Shown here piece by piece: positions 40,043 to 49,341 of a stretch of 64,000 bases of DNA. Source of the stretch: Clostridia bacterium (lineage in GTDB: Bacteria > Bacillota > Clostridia > Lachnospirales > JAOARL01); NCBI GenBank assembly GCA_025210555.1, contig JAOARL010000005.1, forward strand, positions 55,671 through 119,670, in the 5' to 3' direction. Made by a program: the position numbers and the translations under genes. Position 1 is the stretch's first letter. Every line of letters starts with the position of its first letter. The notes under the pieces are model-generated. The model had not been told where the DNA came from and made no database searches. It saw nothing but the letters and a program-made list of their open reading frames with translations.

Positions 40043-40069
40043 TAAAAAGCATGACATTAGTCATGCTTT
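40043..40069. repeat. 27-nt direct repeat, copy 2 (terminator hairpin)
   Basis: Identical to 39151-39177. Contains the last codons and stop (K H D TAA) of the GGDEF gene. Confidence 0.9.
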
Positions 40070-40076
40070 ATTTTTT
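40044..40076 (-). terminator. Terminator of the GGDEF gene (second copy of the same hairpin)
   Basis: Stem AAAGCATGAC/GTCATGCTTT. T-tract on minus after the hairpin. Confidence 0.65.
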
Positions 40077-41748
40077 CTGCTATCTCCGAATAAATACTTA
40101 CTCTGTTTCTTCCATTTTCTTTCGAATAATAAAGTGCATCATCAGCAAGTTTAAGGAAATCTTTCTCAAAATCAATATCAACCTCTGGATAATTAACTAC
40201 TCCAAAACTTGATGTAACATTCATAGATATTTCTCCCTCTACAAACCTATGCTCTTCTATATCTTTTCTTATATCTTCAAATATTTGTTTTGATTCCTCT
40301 ATAGTCTTATTCTCAAAAGCTACAAAGAACTCCTCTCCACCATATCTTGCCATAAGTCCATTGTATTTGTCTACGTGCTTTTTAGCAGTATTTACTGTTT
40401 CTATAAGAACTTTATCGCCAAATAGATGTCCATATGTATCATTAACATTTTTAAAATGATCAAGGTCAAATATACATATAGCTAAGTTACTTTTATTTTC
40501 TCTAGCTTTCTTAAACATCTCCGAAAATTCTTTTTGCATATACATACGGTTATATATTTTAGTAAGTCCATCTTTTGTAGCCATGTCTTCCATCTGTTTA
40601 TACAATTTAACATTTTCAATAGCCATTCTTACTTCAGCTGAAATTACTTTAAATAATTGAATACTTCCTTCTGGGAAATAATTATCATAACTATGCTCAA
40701 CGTACATAGCTCCATAAATAACATCTCCTTTTTGAAGGGGAACCATTATATATGATCCTACATTTCTTCCTTTTAAAAAGCTGTAGCTTTTTTCTTTGGC
40801 GTTGTTTTCTACTCTAAATTTTTTATTAATTATCCAATCTTTTACTTCACCATAAATAACTTCACGTTCAAAATCAGCAATTACACCATTATCATATATT
40901 CCCTTTGAATAGAATTTCAACTGTTCATTTTCATTTTTATCATAAAGTATTATAGAACACAAATCTACTCCCATTATGCCTAAAACCATATCTACAACTA
41001 AATCTAGTAATGGATCTATCCCCAAAAAATAGTCCATATGTGATCCCATTTCTTTAAGAATATAAAGTTCTGCATTACTCTTTCTAAACTTCTCATTCAT
41101 CTTTTCAAGAGTTTCTTTTTGCTCAATAAGTCTTTGATTTGCATCATGCATCTCTTTCTCTATTTTGACAAGCTCATTATTTTTCTTTTTACTTTCTAAA
41201 AGTAATTCCCTATTCTTACTTCCCTCTTTTTCAAGTTCATGTATAGTCCAACCTATAACATTGTCAATAATCATAAGTGCTATAAAATTGGCTAATACAT
41301 AAAATTTTAGGTTGTTTGTTTCAATTGCACCTTGACCATAATATAGTGATAAAACATAAACCATTGGGAACATATATAAAACATTATGAGCAATGTTACC
41401 AGTTTTGTTTTTTGCTATATTAACTTCCATTATTATAAGTATATAGAATATGCTAGCCCACATAAAACTTTCGCCACCATAAACATATAAGAAAGTATAT
41501 ATAATAAGTTCAATCGCCTTTATAATACTATAATTCTTCCCATAATTTAACCATTTATCGACTTTTTGACTGTCTTGATTTATAATTACAAGTTTTATAA
41601 CTTCATAAGCCCAAAATACTCTTAAAATCTGAGTAAAGACTTCATTATTATTAATAGCTTCATTGCCAAAGGAAACAAAGCTTATTAAAATAAGCAAAGC
41701 TATATGTAAAATTGTATACTTTCTTTCATACATTAATATTTTACTCAT
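40057..41748 (-). CDS. Membrane-bound diguanylate cyclase (about 6 TM, coiled coil, GAF, GGDEF)
   Basis: 563 aa. GGDEF domain with DGLTKIYNR, FDLDHFKNVNDTYGH, RYGGEEF. Confidence 0.88.
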   Translation of the reverse strand: MSKILMYERKYTILHIALLILISFVSFGNEAINNNEVFTQILRVFWAYEVIKLVIINQDSQKVDKWLNYGKNYSIIKAIELIIYTFLYVYGGESFMWASIFYILIIMEVNIAKNKTGNIAHNVLYMFPMVYVLSLYYGQGAIETNNLKFYVLANFIALMIIDNVIGWTIHELEKEGSKNRELLLESKKKNNELVKIEKEMHDANQRLIEQKETLEKMNEKFRKSNAELYILKEMGSHMDYFLGIDPLLDLVVDMVLGIMGVDLCSIILYDKNENEQLKFYSKGIYDNGVIADFEREVIYGEVKDWIINKKFRVENNAKEKSYSFLKGRNVGSYIMVPLQKGDVIYGAMYVEHSYDNYFPEGSIQLFKVISAEVRMAIENVKLYKQMEDMATKDGLTKIYNRMYMQKEFSEMFKKARENKSNLAICIFDLDHFKNVNDTYGHLFGDKVLIETVNTAKKHVDKYNGLMARYGGEEFFVAFENKTIEESKQIFEDIRKDIEEHRFVEGEISMNVTSSFGVVNYPEVDIDFEKDFLKLADDALYYSKENGRNRVSIYSEIAEKIKHD

Positions 41749-43502
41749 CTAATTCCTCTTATCTCAATTTTATCTTCATTATCAAAACCTGAGTTGATGT
41801 CTACTTTAACACTATTTAAGTAGACTTCTCTGTTCCTAGTATCGATATTCAAGTACATAATTAAGTCTTTAATACTATTTACAACATATGTTTCAACAAT
41901 GTCATTGTTTTTTATTTCAGTATTTATATCGACAATTTTACCATTAATACTTACACTCGGTTTAACTGAAACTTTTCTGTTATTTAAATATACCGTTTTA
42001 ACTGTATTAAGGTCTATATAATCCGATACATATACAATTGCATTATCTCCCATTTTTGCTGATTCTATTGATATATAATCATTTTCTTCGATTTTAGTTT
42101 CTAAATTTGCTACTTCATTATTAACATAAATTTTAGCAGATTCACCATGTCTTCCTGAGACTCTAAGTTTCTTTCCATCTAACACAAAGTTAACAGCTTC
42201 CCCTCTTCTAGCAATTAAATTGCTATGGCTAAAATCTTTTAACATTGCAGCATCCATAACTGTAAGTTCTTTAATATTCATTAATTTTAGTTTTTCATCA
42301 TTTACAATTATATTTATAAAATCCATGCCTGTTTTCATCATAGATGTCATACATATACCTATTGGAGTTATCATATTTGGTCCATTAACAAACTTTTCAT
42401 CTAGTATTTCAATATTAGATATTACTTCATTTCCCTTAAGAGCAACCCTTTCCTCAAGTATATTCAATTTAGCTGATAGCACATTAGTTAAGTTAAGTGT
42501 TTCACTTCCACCACCAACACAAAATACTGCATTAGGAGCTTTAGATCCATTAAGCTCTAAAAGTTTCTCTGATATCTTATCAGTTAACTTATCAACTGCC
42601 GGTCTAATGACTTCAGCTATTTCTTCTGAGCTAACTGTTTGGCTATTTCCTAAAATATCTCTAAATTCAATTTCTTTAGTACTTAAAATATTTACCTTAA
42701 TGTTTTCGGCAGTATTAAAGTCAACTAAATACTTGTGAACTATTGCCTCTGTTATTTCATCTCCAGCATCTGGAATCATACCAAAAGCAATTACACTACC
42801 ATTTTTTGTTATTGCAATATCTGATGTCCCTGCTCCTATATCTACTAATGCTAAATTAAGCAATCTTATTTCTTTAGGTATAGTTACATTTATAGCTGCA
42901 ATGGGCTCAAGTGTTAGATTAGTAACTTCTAATCCTATTAAGTCCATTACGCTATATAAGCTATCTACAACAGCCTTTGGTAAAAATGTACATATTATCT
43001 CTGCTGAAATAGCTTCACCTTTGTGACCTTCTAAATTATCCATAATACAATTATCTATCTCATAGTTAACAACTGAATGTCCTACGCAGAAGTACTTAAA
43101 TCCTTCTGTCTTCATCATATTATCTTTCATTTCTTTTTGAGCTTCTTTTATTCCCTCAAGCTCTAATAAGTTTATTTGACTCTTAGTTATAAGCGTTTCT
43201 GAATCAAATACTCTCTTTGACTTAACTTTAAATGTCTTTAGTGCTCTTCCCGCTGCTGCTATGACTACTTCTTTAAGTTCTATATTATTTCTTACTTCAA
43301 GATTTTCTTTAACTTTTTTAGCTGTTTCGCTTACCTTAATAACATCGTGAATTTGACCATCTATCATAGCTCTTGAACTATGCTCAATCATTTCACTATC
43401 AACTATTATAAATTTTTCATCTGACTTATATCCTAAAATCCCTATAACTGTTCTAGTTCCTATATCTAATCCAAATATTAAGTCTTTATTATTATAGTTC
43501 AT
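41745..43502 (-). CDS. FtsA-like actin-fold ATPase with ~190-aa C-terminal repeat region
   Basis: 585 aa. GLDIGTRTVIGI, LALVDIGAGTSDIAI, DAGDEITEAI, CVGGGSE. Not adjacent to ftsZ. Confidence 0.7.
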   Translation of the reverse strand: MNYNNKDLIFGLDIGTRTVIGILGYKSDEKFIIVDSEMIEHSSRAMIDGQIHDVIKVSETAKKVKENLEVRNNIELKEVVIAAAGRALKTFKVKSKRVFDSETLITKSQINLLELEGIKEAQKEMKDNMMKTEGFKYFCVGHSVVNYEIDNCIMDNLEGHKGEAISAEIICTFLPKAVVDSLYSVMDLIGLEVTNLTLEPIAAINVTIPKEIRLLNLALVDIGAGTSDIAITKNGSVIAFGMIPDAGDEITEAIVHKYLVDFNTAENIKVNILSTKEIEFRDILGNSQTVSSEEIAEVIRPAVDKLTDKISEKLLELNGSKAPNAVFCVGGGSETLNLTNVLSAKLNILEERVALKGNEVISNIEILDEKFVNGPNMITPIGICMTSMMKTGMDFINIIVNDEKLKLMNIKELTVMDAAMLKDFSHSNLIARRGEAVNFVLDGKKLRVSGRHGESAKIYVNNEVANLETKIEENDYISIESAKMGDNAIVYVSDYIDLNTVKTVYLNNRKVSVKPSVSINGKIVDINTEIKNNDIVETYVVNSIKDLIMYLNIDTRNREVYLNSVKVDINSGFDNEDKIEIRGIR

Positions 43503-43517
43503 ACATCATCACCCTTA

Positions 43518-45056
43518 TTATTTTTCGTTTATATATAATTTATATATATTTTTATAAATCTTAGAATTATCTACTTCTAGTTCACCTTTAACCTTTATAC
43601 TTCTTACTATAAGTTTGTTTCTAAATACTAAATCAATGTATGGTATCTCATCATTTAATACAAACTCAATACTACTATATGTTTCTCTTAACTCCTCAAG
43701 ATCTCTAACTGTATATGCATCTTTTAATAATGCATCTACTTTTTCACTCTTATATTCTAATTTATTAACCTTACTATTAAATAATGCAGTTAAGTCTGGA
43801 TTCATTGATAATTCCCAACCACCTAGAACAATATCAAAGTTTCCTCTTTTAAAATCATTGCTATATTCTTCAAAAGGTTTAGCTACTATTTCAGTTTCTA
43901 TACCTATTTTTCTTAATTCACTCTTAACATATTCTGCTACCTTCATTCTATTTCCATTTTCTTCATTAACTAAAATTTTAAATCTTAATGTACTCTTTTT
44001 ACCATTAGTCTTATATTCTAAGATTCCATCACCTGTGTAATCTTCAAATCCATATTCTTTTAAAACTTCTTTACTATTAACTTTTACATTATTATCACTT
44101 AAATCTGTAACTAACCATTTTGGATAAATTGGACTAATAGCCTCTTCAGCAAAACTACCATAAATACTCTTAATAATAGTTTCTCTATTAATAGTAGCTT
44201 CTATTGATTTTCTTACCTCTGGAATGCTTAATAACTTATTTTTAAAATTAAATGCCATAAAATCATATAAATTTGATTTATATGTATCAATTTTATATTT
44301 ATCTTTATTTAAGAACTTTGTATAGTTCACTAAGCTTCCTTTAACAAAGTCTATTTCTCCATGCTTTAGTCCATCTTCAATAAACTTTTCATCACTAACT
44401 TCAATAACTCTTATTTTTTCAATATATGGTTTACCTTTATAATAATTTTCATTTCTTACAAAATTCAGTTCTTTTTCATAAGTTCCACCATCATATGTAT
44501 ATTGTCCTGATCCTATCTTATAGTCACCTTTATTTATTATTGGTATGTTAAGTTCATACATATTTGATGTTAAAACATCTTTATATGAAATTTTAACTTT
44601 ACCATCTTCTGTTATTTTATAATAAGCAATGTTTTTAAACATATCATTATAAATTGATTCTTCACTTGCTTTAATTTGATCTAATGTATATATTACATCT
44701 TCCGCACTAACGCTTTCACCATTAGCCCACTTAACCTCTTCATTCACATCAAACGTATATATATATCCACTGTCTGATACTTCTAAATTCTTTGCTATTA
44801 CTGGTATTATTTTACCTTCTGCATCATAATCAAACAATCTTTCATATGCAATATCTAAAAGTTCTTCCATATCCTTACCTTCTACTAAAATAGGGTTTGG
44901 ATTGTCTATTGAATCTATTGCTATATTCATCTCTCCACCAAAATCTGGCTTTAAGTCAACCACTTCTGTCTTATCTTCAATTACTTCTTTTTCTTTGCCA
45001 CAACCAGTTAAAACAACTGTTAATAGCATAAAAACTACTAATATTTTCTTTATCAT
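43518..45056 (-). CDS. Family-5 (peptide/nickel type) ABC substrate-binding lipoprotein, orphan
   Basis: MIKKILVVFMLLTVVLTGCGKE lipobox. SBP_bac_5-like core. ATG 45056 preferred (GGAGGA 4 nt upstream). Confidence 0.8.
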   Translation of the reverse strand: MIKKILVVFMLLTVVLTGCGKEKEVIEDKTEVVDLKPDFGGEMNIAIDSIDNPNPILVEGKDMEELLDIAYERLFDYDAEGKIIPVIAKNLEVSDSGYIYTFDVNEEVKWANGESVSAEDVIYTLDQIKASEESIYNDMFKNIAYYKITEDGKVKISYKDVLTSNMYELNIPIINKGDYKIGSGQYTYDGGTYEKELNFVRNENYYKGKPYIEKIRVIEVSDEKFIEDGLKHGEIDFVKGSLVNYTKFLNKDKYKIDTYKSNLYDFMAFNFKNKLLSIPEVRKSIEATINRETIIKSIYGSFAEEAISPIYPKWLVTDLSDNNVKVNSKEVLKEYGFEDYTGDGILEYKTNGKKSTLRFKILVNEENGNRMKVAEYVKSELRKIGIETEIVAKPFEEYSNDFKRGNFDIVLGGWELSMNPDLTALFNSKVNKLEYKSEKVDALLKDAYTVRDLEELRETYSSIEFVLNDEIPYIDLVFRNKLIVRSIKVKGELEVDNSKIYKNIYKLYINEK

Positions 45057-45068
45057 AATATCCTCCAT

Positions 45069-47651
45069 TTATTTTGTTTCATACCAATTTTTACCTGTTT
45101 TCATATCTACTGTCAGAGGAACTATTAGTCTTGTAGCATTTTCCATTTCCTCTGTTATTATTTTTTCTACTTTTTCCACTTCATCATTAACTGTGTCTAT
45201 TATCAATTCATCATGTACTTGAAGAACTAATTTACTCTTAAGTTTCTCTTTTTCTAATCTTTCATATACTTTTATCATAGCAATTTTAATTATATCAGCT
45301 GCACTACCTTGTATAGGAGTGTTCATTGCTACTCTTTCTGAAAATGATCTTCTTAAGAAGTTACTTGAATTTATTTCTGGTATTCTTCTTATTCTTCCAA
45401 AAATAGTTTTAACATAGCTATCTTCTTTTGCTTTAAGTACTGTTGTATCCATATATTCTTTTACTTTAGGATATCTTTCAAAATAACTCTCAATATACTT
45501 TTCTGCTTCTTTAACAGTAGTATTTAAATCACCACTTAAACTGAATGCTCCCATTCCGTATATAATACCAAAGTTTACAATTTTAGCCTCTCGTCTTTGA
45601 GCACTTGTAACATCTTCTTTATTTATTCCAAAAACTCCTGATGCTGTTATTGCATGAATATCTTTATCATGTTTAAATGCATCTACTAATGTTTCATCTT
45701 CTGATATATGTGCAAGAACCCTAAGCTCTACTTGTGAGTAATCTGCATCCACTAAATAATCATTCGCTGGAACAAAAAACTTTCTTAAATTTCTACCTAT
45801 CTCTGTTCTTACCGGTATATTTTGTAAGTTTGGCTCTGTACTACTTATTCTACCTGTTGTTGTTAAAGCTTGTCTAAAAGTAGTATGAATTTTACCTTCT
45901 TCATCTATTAAACCTAAAAAGCCATCAACATATGTACTTCTTAATTTTGATAAGGTTCTATATTCTAATACAAAGTCAATTATAGGACTATATGGTTTAA
46001 GTTTCTCAAGCACATCTGCATTTGTAGAATATCCTGTTTTTGTTTTCTTTATAACTGGAAGCTTAAGTTTTTCAAACAAGACTTCTGCAAGCTGTTTTGG
46101 TGATGCTATATTAAACTCTACTCCAGCAATTTCATATATACTAACCTCTAACTTGCTTATATCCTTTGATAAATCATTACCAAATTCTATTAATTTATCC
46201 TTATCTATCTTAAATCCTTCTTTTTCCATTGAATAAAGAACTTTTACTAAAGGGTTTTCAATATTATAAAATAAGTCCTCTTGTTCACTAGTTTCTAGTT
46301 CTTTAATTATTATATCTTTAGAGTTTTTAATCACACTAACAACATTGGCCATATAATTTTCAAACTCTTTATTATCTAACTCATCATATTTTTTTAAAGA
46401 TTTACCTTTTCCAAATATTTCCTCTTCAGATTTATAACTTTCTCCAAGTATCTCATCCGCAATTTTACTATAAGAATCTAAGTTATGTGTTGGCATTAAA
46501 ACGTAACTTCCTATAAGAATGTCAAAATAGTTACCTTTAATTTCAATTCCATATTTATCTAAAACATGCATATCTTTCTTTATATCTAGCCCAACTTTAA
46601 GAATATTATCATTTTCAAATAGTGACTTAAATTCATCAATCATATTAATGTAAATATATACTTTTTCTTCCTTTATAACAGATATTACATCTTCATGAAT
46701 AAAATATATAAGTTCATCTACATCTCCTATATCATTTGTATTCGTTGATATTACAGTATCAATTTTCTTATTCTCAATAATTGTATTCTCATTCACAGAA
46801 AACTTTACAAACATATTTTTAAACTCTAATTCTTTAAATAATTCCTTTACTTCTTCAGTTAAAAGTTTATATTTATCAAACAGCTCAAACTTACACTCTA
46901 TTGGAACTTCTTTATATATTGTTGCTAATTCTCTACTTAAAAAAGCTACTTCTTTATCATTTTCAAGCTTTTCTTTTAATTTACCTTTTATTTCATCTAT
47001 ATTTTCATAGACCCCTTCAATGCTCCCATATTCCTTTAGAAGTTTTATAGCAGTCTTTTCTCCAACACCTTTAACCCCAGGTATATTATCTGATGAATCT
47101 CCCATTAACCCTTTTAAGTCGATAAATTGCTTAGTATCTAATTCATACCTAGCAAAAACATCTTTAGCATAATAATCTTCAATTGTAGTTTTACCTTTAG
47201 ATGTTTTAGGGATTCTAATCTTAACAACATCTGTTGCAAGCTGAAGTATATCTTTATCTCCTGATATTATTGTTATATCATAGTCATTGCTACACATACT
47301 CATAGTACCAATAACATCGTCAGCCTCATATCCTTCAATTTCAAAAATAGGTATACCCATTTTTCTTATTACATCTTTTAATACTGGCATCTGCTCTCTT
47401 AGTTCATCTGGCATGCCTTTTCTGTTACCTTTATACCCATCATATTTTTTATGCCTAAACGTTGGTGCTTTAAGATCAAAAGTTATAGCTACATGAGTTG
47501 GGTTTTCCTCATCTATAAATCTTGATAACATATTTAAAAAACCATATATTGCATTTGTATACATTCCTTTTGAGTTTGTTAACAAAGGAACTCCATAAAA
47601 TGCCCTATTGGCTATACTATTTCCATCTATAATCAAGAGTTTTTCTTTCAT
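45069..47651 (-). CDS. polA: DNA polymerase I
   Basis: LLIIDGNSIANRAFYG 5' nuclease. Polymerase motifs DYSQVELR, RREAKIVNFGIIYG, QVHDEL. ATG 47651 preferred (GGAGGT upstream). Confidence 0.96.
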   Translation of the reverse strand: MKEKLLIIDGNSIANRAFYGVPLLTNSKGMYTNAIYGFLNMLSRFIDEENPTHVAITFDLKAPTFRHKKYDGYKGNRKGMPDELREQMPVLKDVIRKMGIPIFEIEGYEADDVIGTMSMCSNDYDITIISGDKDILQLATDVVKIRIPKTSKGKTTIEDYYAKDVFARYELDTKQFIDLKGLMGDSSDNIPGVKGVGEKTAIKLLKEYGSIEGVYENIDEIKGKLKEKLENDKEVAFLSRELATIYKEVPIECKFELFDKYKLLTEEVKELFKELEFKNMFVKFSVNENTIIENKKIDTVISTNTNDIGDVDELIYFIHEDVISVIKEEKVYIYINMIDEFKSLFENDNILKVGLDIKKDMHVLDKYGIEIKGNYFDILIGSYVLMPTHNLDSYSKIADEILGESYKSEEEIFGKGKSLKKYDELDNKEFENYMANVVSVIKNSKDIIIKELETSEQEDLFYNIENPLVKVLYSMEKEGFKIDKDKLIEFGNDLSKDISKLEVSIYEIAGVEFNIASPKQLAEVLFEKLKLPVIKKTKTGYSTNADVLEKLKPYSPIIDFVLEYRTLSKLRSTYVDGFLGLIDEEGKIHTTFRQALTTTGRISSTEPNLQNIPVRTEIGRNLRKFFVPANDYLVDADYSQVELRVLAHISEDETLVDAFKHDKDIHAITASGVFGINKEDVTSAQRREAKIVNFGIIYGMGAFSLSGDLNTTVKEAEKYIESYFERYPKVKEYMDTTVLKAKEDSYVKTIFGRIRRIPEINSSNFLRRSFSERVAMNTPIQGSAADIIKIAMIKVYERLEKEKLKSKLVLQVHDELIIDTVNDEVEKVEKIITEEMENATRLIVPLTVDMKTGKNWYETK

Positions 47652-47764
47652 AATTACCTCCATAATTCTTTCCATTAAATTATATCATAACCACTATAAA
47701 AATGGTTACTTATTTTGCTATTTAATAATAATTAACATTTAATTAATAGCTTCTATTTTAATGC

Positions 47765-47797
47765 AAAAAAAATAAAGAATATGCTTTTGCATATTCT
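47765..47797 (-). terminator. Rho-independent terminator after the SIMPL gene
   Basis: Stem AGAATATGC/GCATATTCT, followed by T8 on minus. Confidence 0.65.
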
Positions 47798-47807
47798 CTA
47801 AATTATT

Positions 47808-48566
47808 CTAGTATTCATAAACTACATTTACTTCTGCTTCAACAGTAATTTCTCCTGATTCAATTGGAGTAGCAACTGCATCTTCCATAACTACACTCTT
47901 ACTCATAAGAGCATTACTATATCTAAATATTCCTGGTTCATTGTATCCTGTTTCAACAATCTTTTTAGGAGCGCCTAGCTTTATTTGATAAACTCCCGCT
48001 AAAGTTTCAGCTTTAACTTTAGCTTTCTTTAATGCTTCTTTTAAAGCTTCATTATAATATTTAGTATTGTCAGCTAATTTAAAGTTAATATTATTTGAAA
48101 AATTAGCTCCTGCTTTTACTGAATCATCAATTACATTACTAACTTTTGTTAAATCTCTTACTGTAATTCTTACTGTATTACTAACTTCATATCCTATAAG
48201 AACTCTTCTTTCTTCTTCTTTAGTTAATAATTTAATGTCTCTCCACTCATATCTTGGATATATTGAATAATTTGAAGTTTTAATATCTTCCTCTTTAATT
48301 CCTAATTTTTTAATTGATGCTATAACCTTCGACATTTTTTTAGCATTCTCACTTTGAGCTACCTTAGCATCTTTAGCTTCAGTTTTAACACCTAAACTAA
48401 TTTCTGCTATATCTGGTTTCACGCTCATTATATATTTACCACTAACCTCTATTGTTTTCTCACTTTTTTCTGTTTCTGCATATGAATTAACATTTGTATT
48501 TATAAAAGCTGACACCGCTAGTATAAATACTGCTATTACTGCTACTAATTTATTTAAATTTTTCAT
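47808..48566 (-). CDS. SIMPL/DUF541-family secreted protein
   Basis: Signal peptide, then GYEVSNTVRITVRDLTKVSNVIDDSVKAGAN. ATG 48566 preferred (AAGGGAGA upstream). Confidence 0.72.
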   Translation of the reverse strand: MKNLNKLVAVIAVFILAVSAFINTNVNSYAETEKSEKTIEVSGKYIMSVKPDIAEISLGVKTEAKDAKVAQSENAKKMSKVIASIKKLGIKEEDIKTSNYSIYPRYEWRDIKLLTKEEERRVLIGYEVSNTVRITVRDLTKVSNVIDDSVKAGANFSNNINFKLADNTKYYNEALKEALKKAKVKAETLAGVYQIKLGAPKKIVETGYNEPGIFRYSNALMSKSVVMEDAVATPIESGEITVEAEVNVVYEY

Positions 48567-48567
48567 T

Positions 48568-49341
48568 TTAATCATCTCCCTTTTCTTCTTTATTAAGCAC
48601 TATTTTTGCAAAACTTATTATTATTCCAAAGAAAGCTGTTGTTCCAAGAATTATAGCTAATAATGTTTTGAATTCCGAATCTTTTTCAATAGAACTTTCA
48701 TCTATATCAATAGTTAGCTTATTCATATCATCCATAGTATTTTCAGCTATTGCCATTTCATTAACTGACATAACTCCAAAACTTTCTTCTTCCTCCGTCA
48801 TTCTATCTCTTTTTAATTCTTGCATTGCCATTTTAACTCTATCTTCTTTAGTTATATTTTTCTCTGCACTCTCAACATTTGATCTTGTTGAAACTCCTGT
48901 AGCTTTTAAAAGCCCTTTAGGTGATTCTTTTGGCGTGAATTCTTCTGATACATTGTATGCCGCAAAATTTTGAACTTGTGAATCATACATTTCATCAGAA
49001 GCTTCAAATGTTTTATTACTATCTAAGACTATCGTCATACTAAATATAAGCGCAGCTGCGACTAAAGATAATGTTCCGAATTTTATTTTGAAAATTTCAA
49101 ATTTCTTCCCCTGTTTTTTCTCCTCCCTTTCAATTTTAATCATTAATTCTTCATGAAAGGTTTTAGGAAGATCAATATCATTCATGTTTTTGAGCATAAA
49201 AACTGTTTTTTCAAACTCTGATAATTCTTCTTTACATTCATTACAATTATTAATATGATTTAAAAACTCTTCTCTTTCATTCTCACTTAACATATTATCT
49301 ATGTATAAGTGCATCATTTCTTTTGCTTTTTCACAGTTCAT
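48568..49341 (-). CDS. Anti-sigma factor (zf-HC2 N-terminus, single TM near the C-terminus)
   Basis: 257 aa. H..(x)..C..C motif HINNCNECKEE. TAATG overlap with the sigma gene. Confidence 0.75.
   Translation of the reverse strand: MNCEKAKEMMHLYIDNMLSENEREEFLNHINNCNECKEELSEFEKTVFMLKNMNDIDLPKTFHEELMIKIEREEKKQGKKFEIFKIKFGTLSLVAAALIFSMTIVLDSNKTFEASDEMYDSQVQNFAAYNVSEEFTPKESPKGLLKATGVSTRSNVESAEKNITKEDRVKMAMQELKRDRMTEEEESFGVMSVNEMAIAENTMDDMNKLTIDIDESSIEKDSEFKTLLAIILGTTAFFGIIISFAKIVLNKEEKGDD

Noticed and set aside
45069-47651. PolA appears to lack the DxE/ExoI-type 3'-5' proofreading motifs in its central domain.
   Set aside because: An inactive vestigial 3'-5' exonuclease domain is established for Firmicute Pol I enzymes (for example the Bacillus large fragment), so this is expected and not novel.
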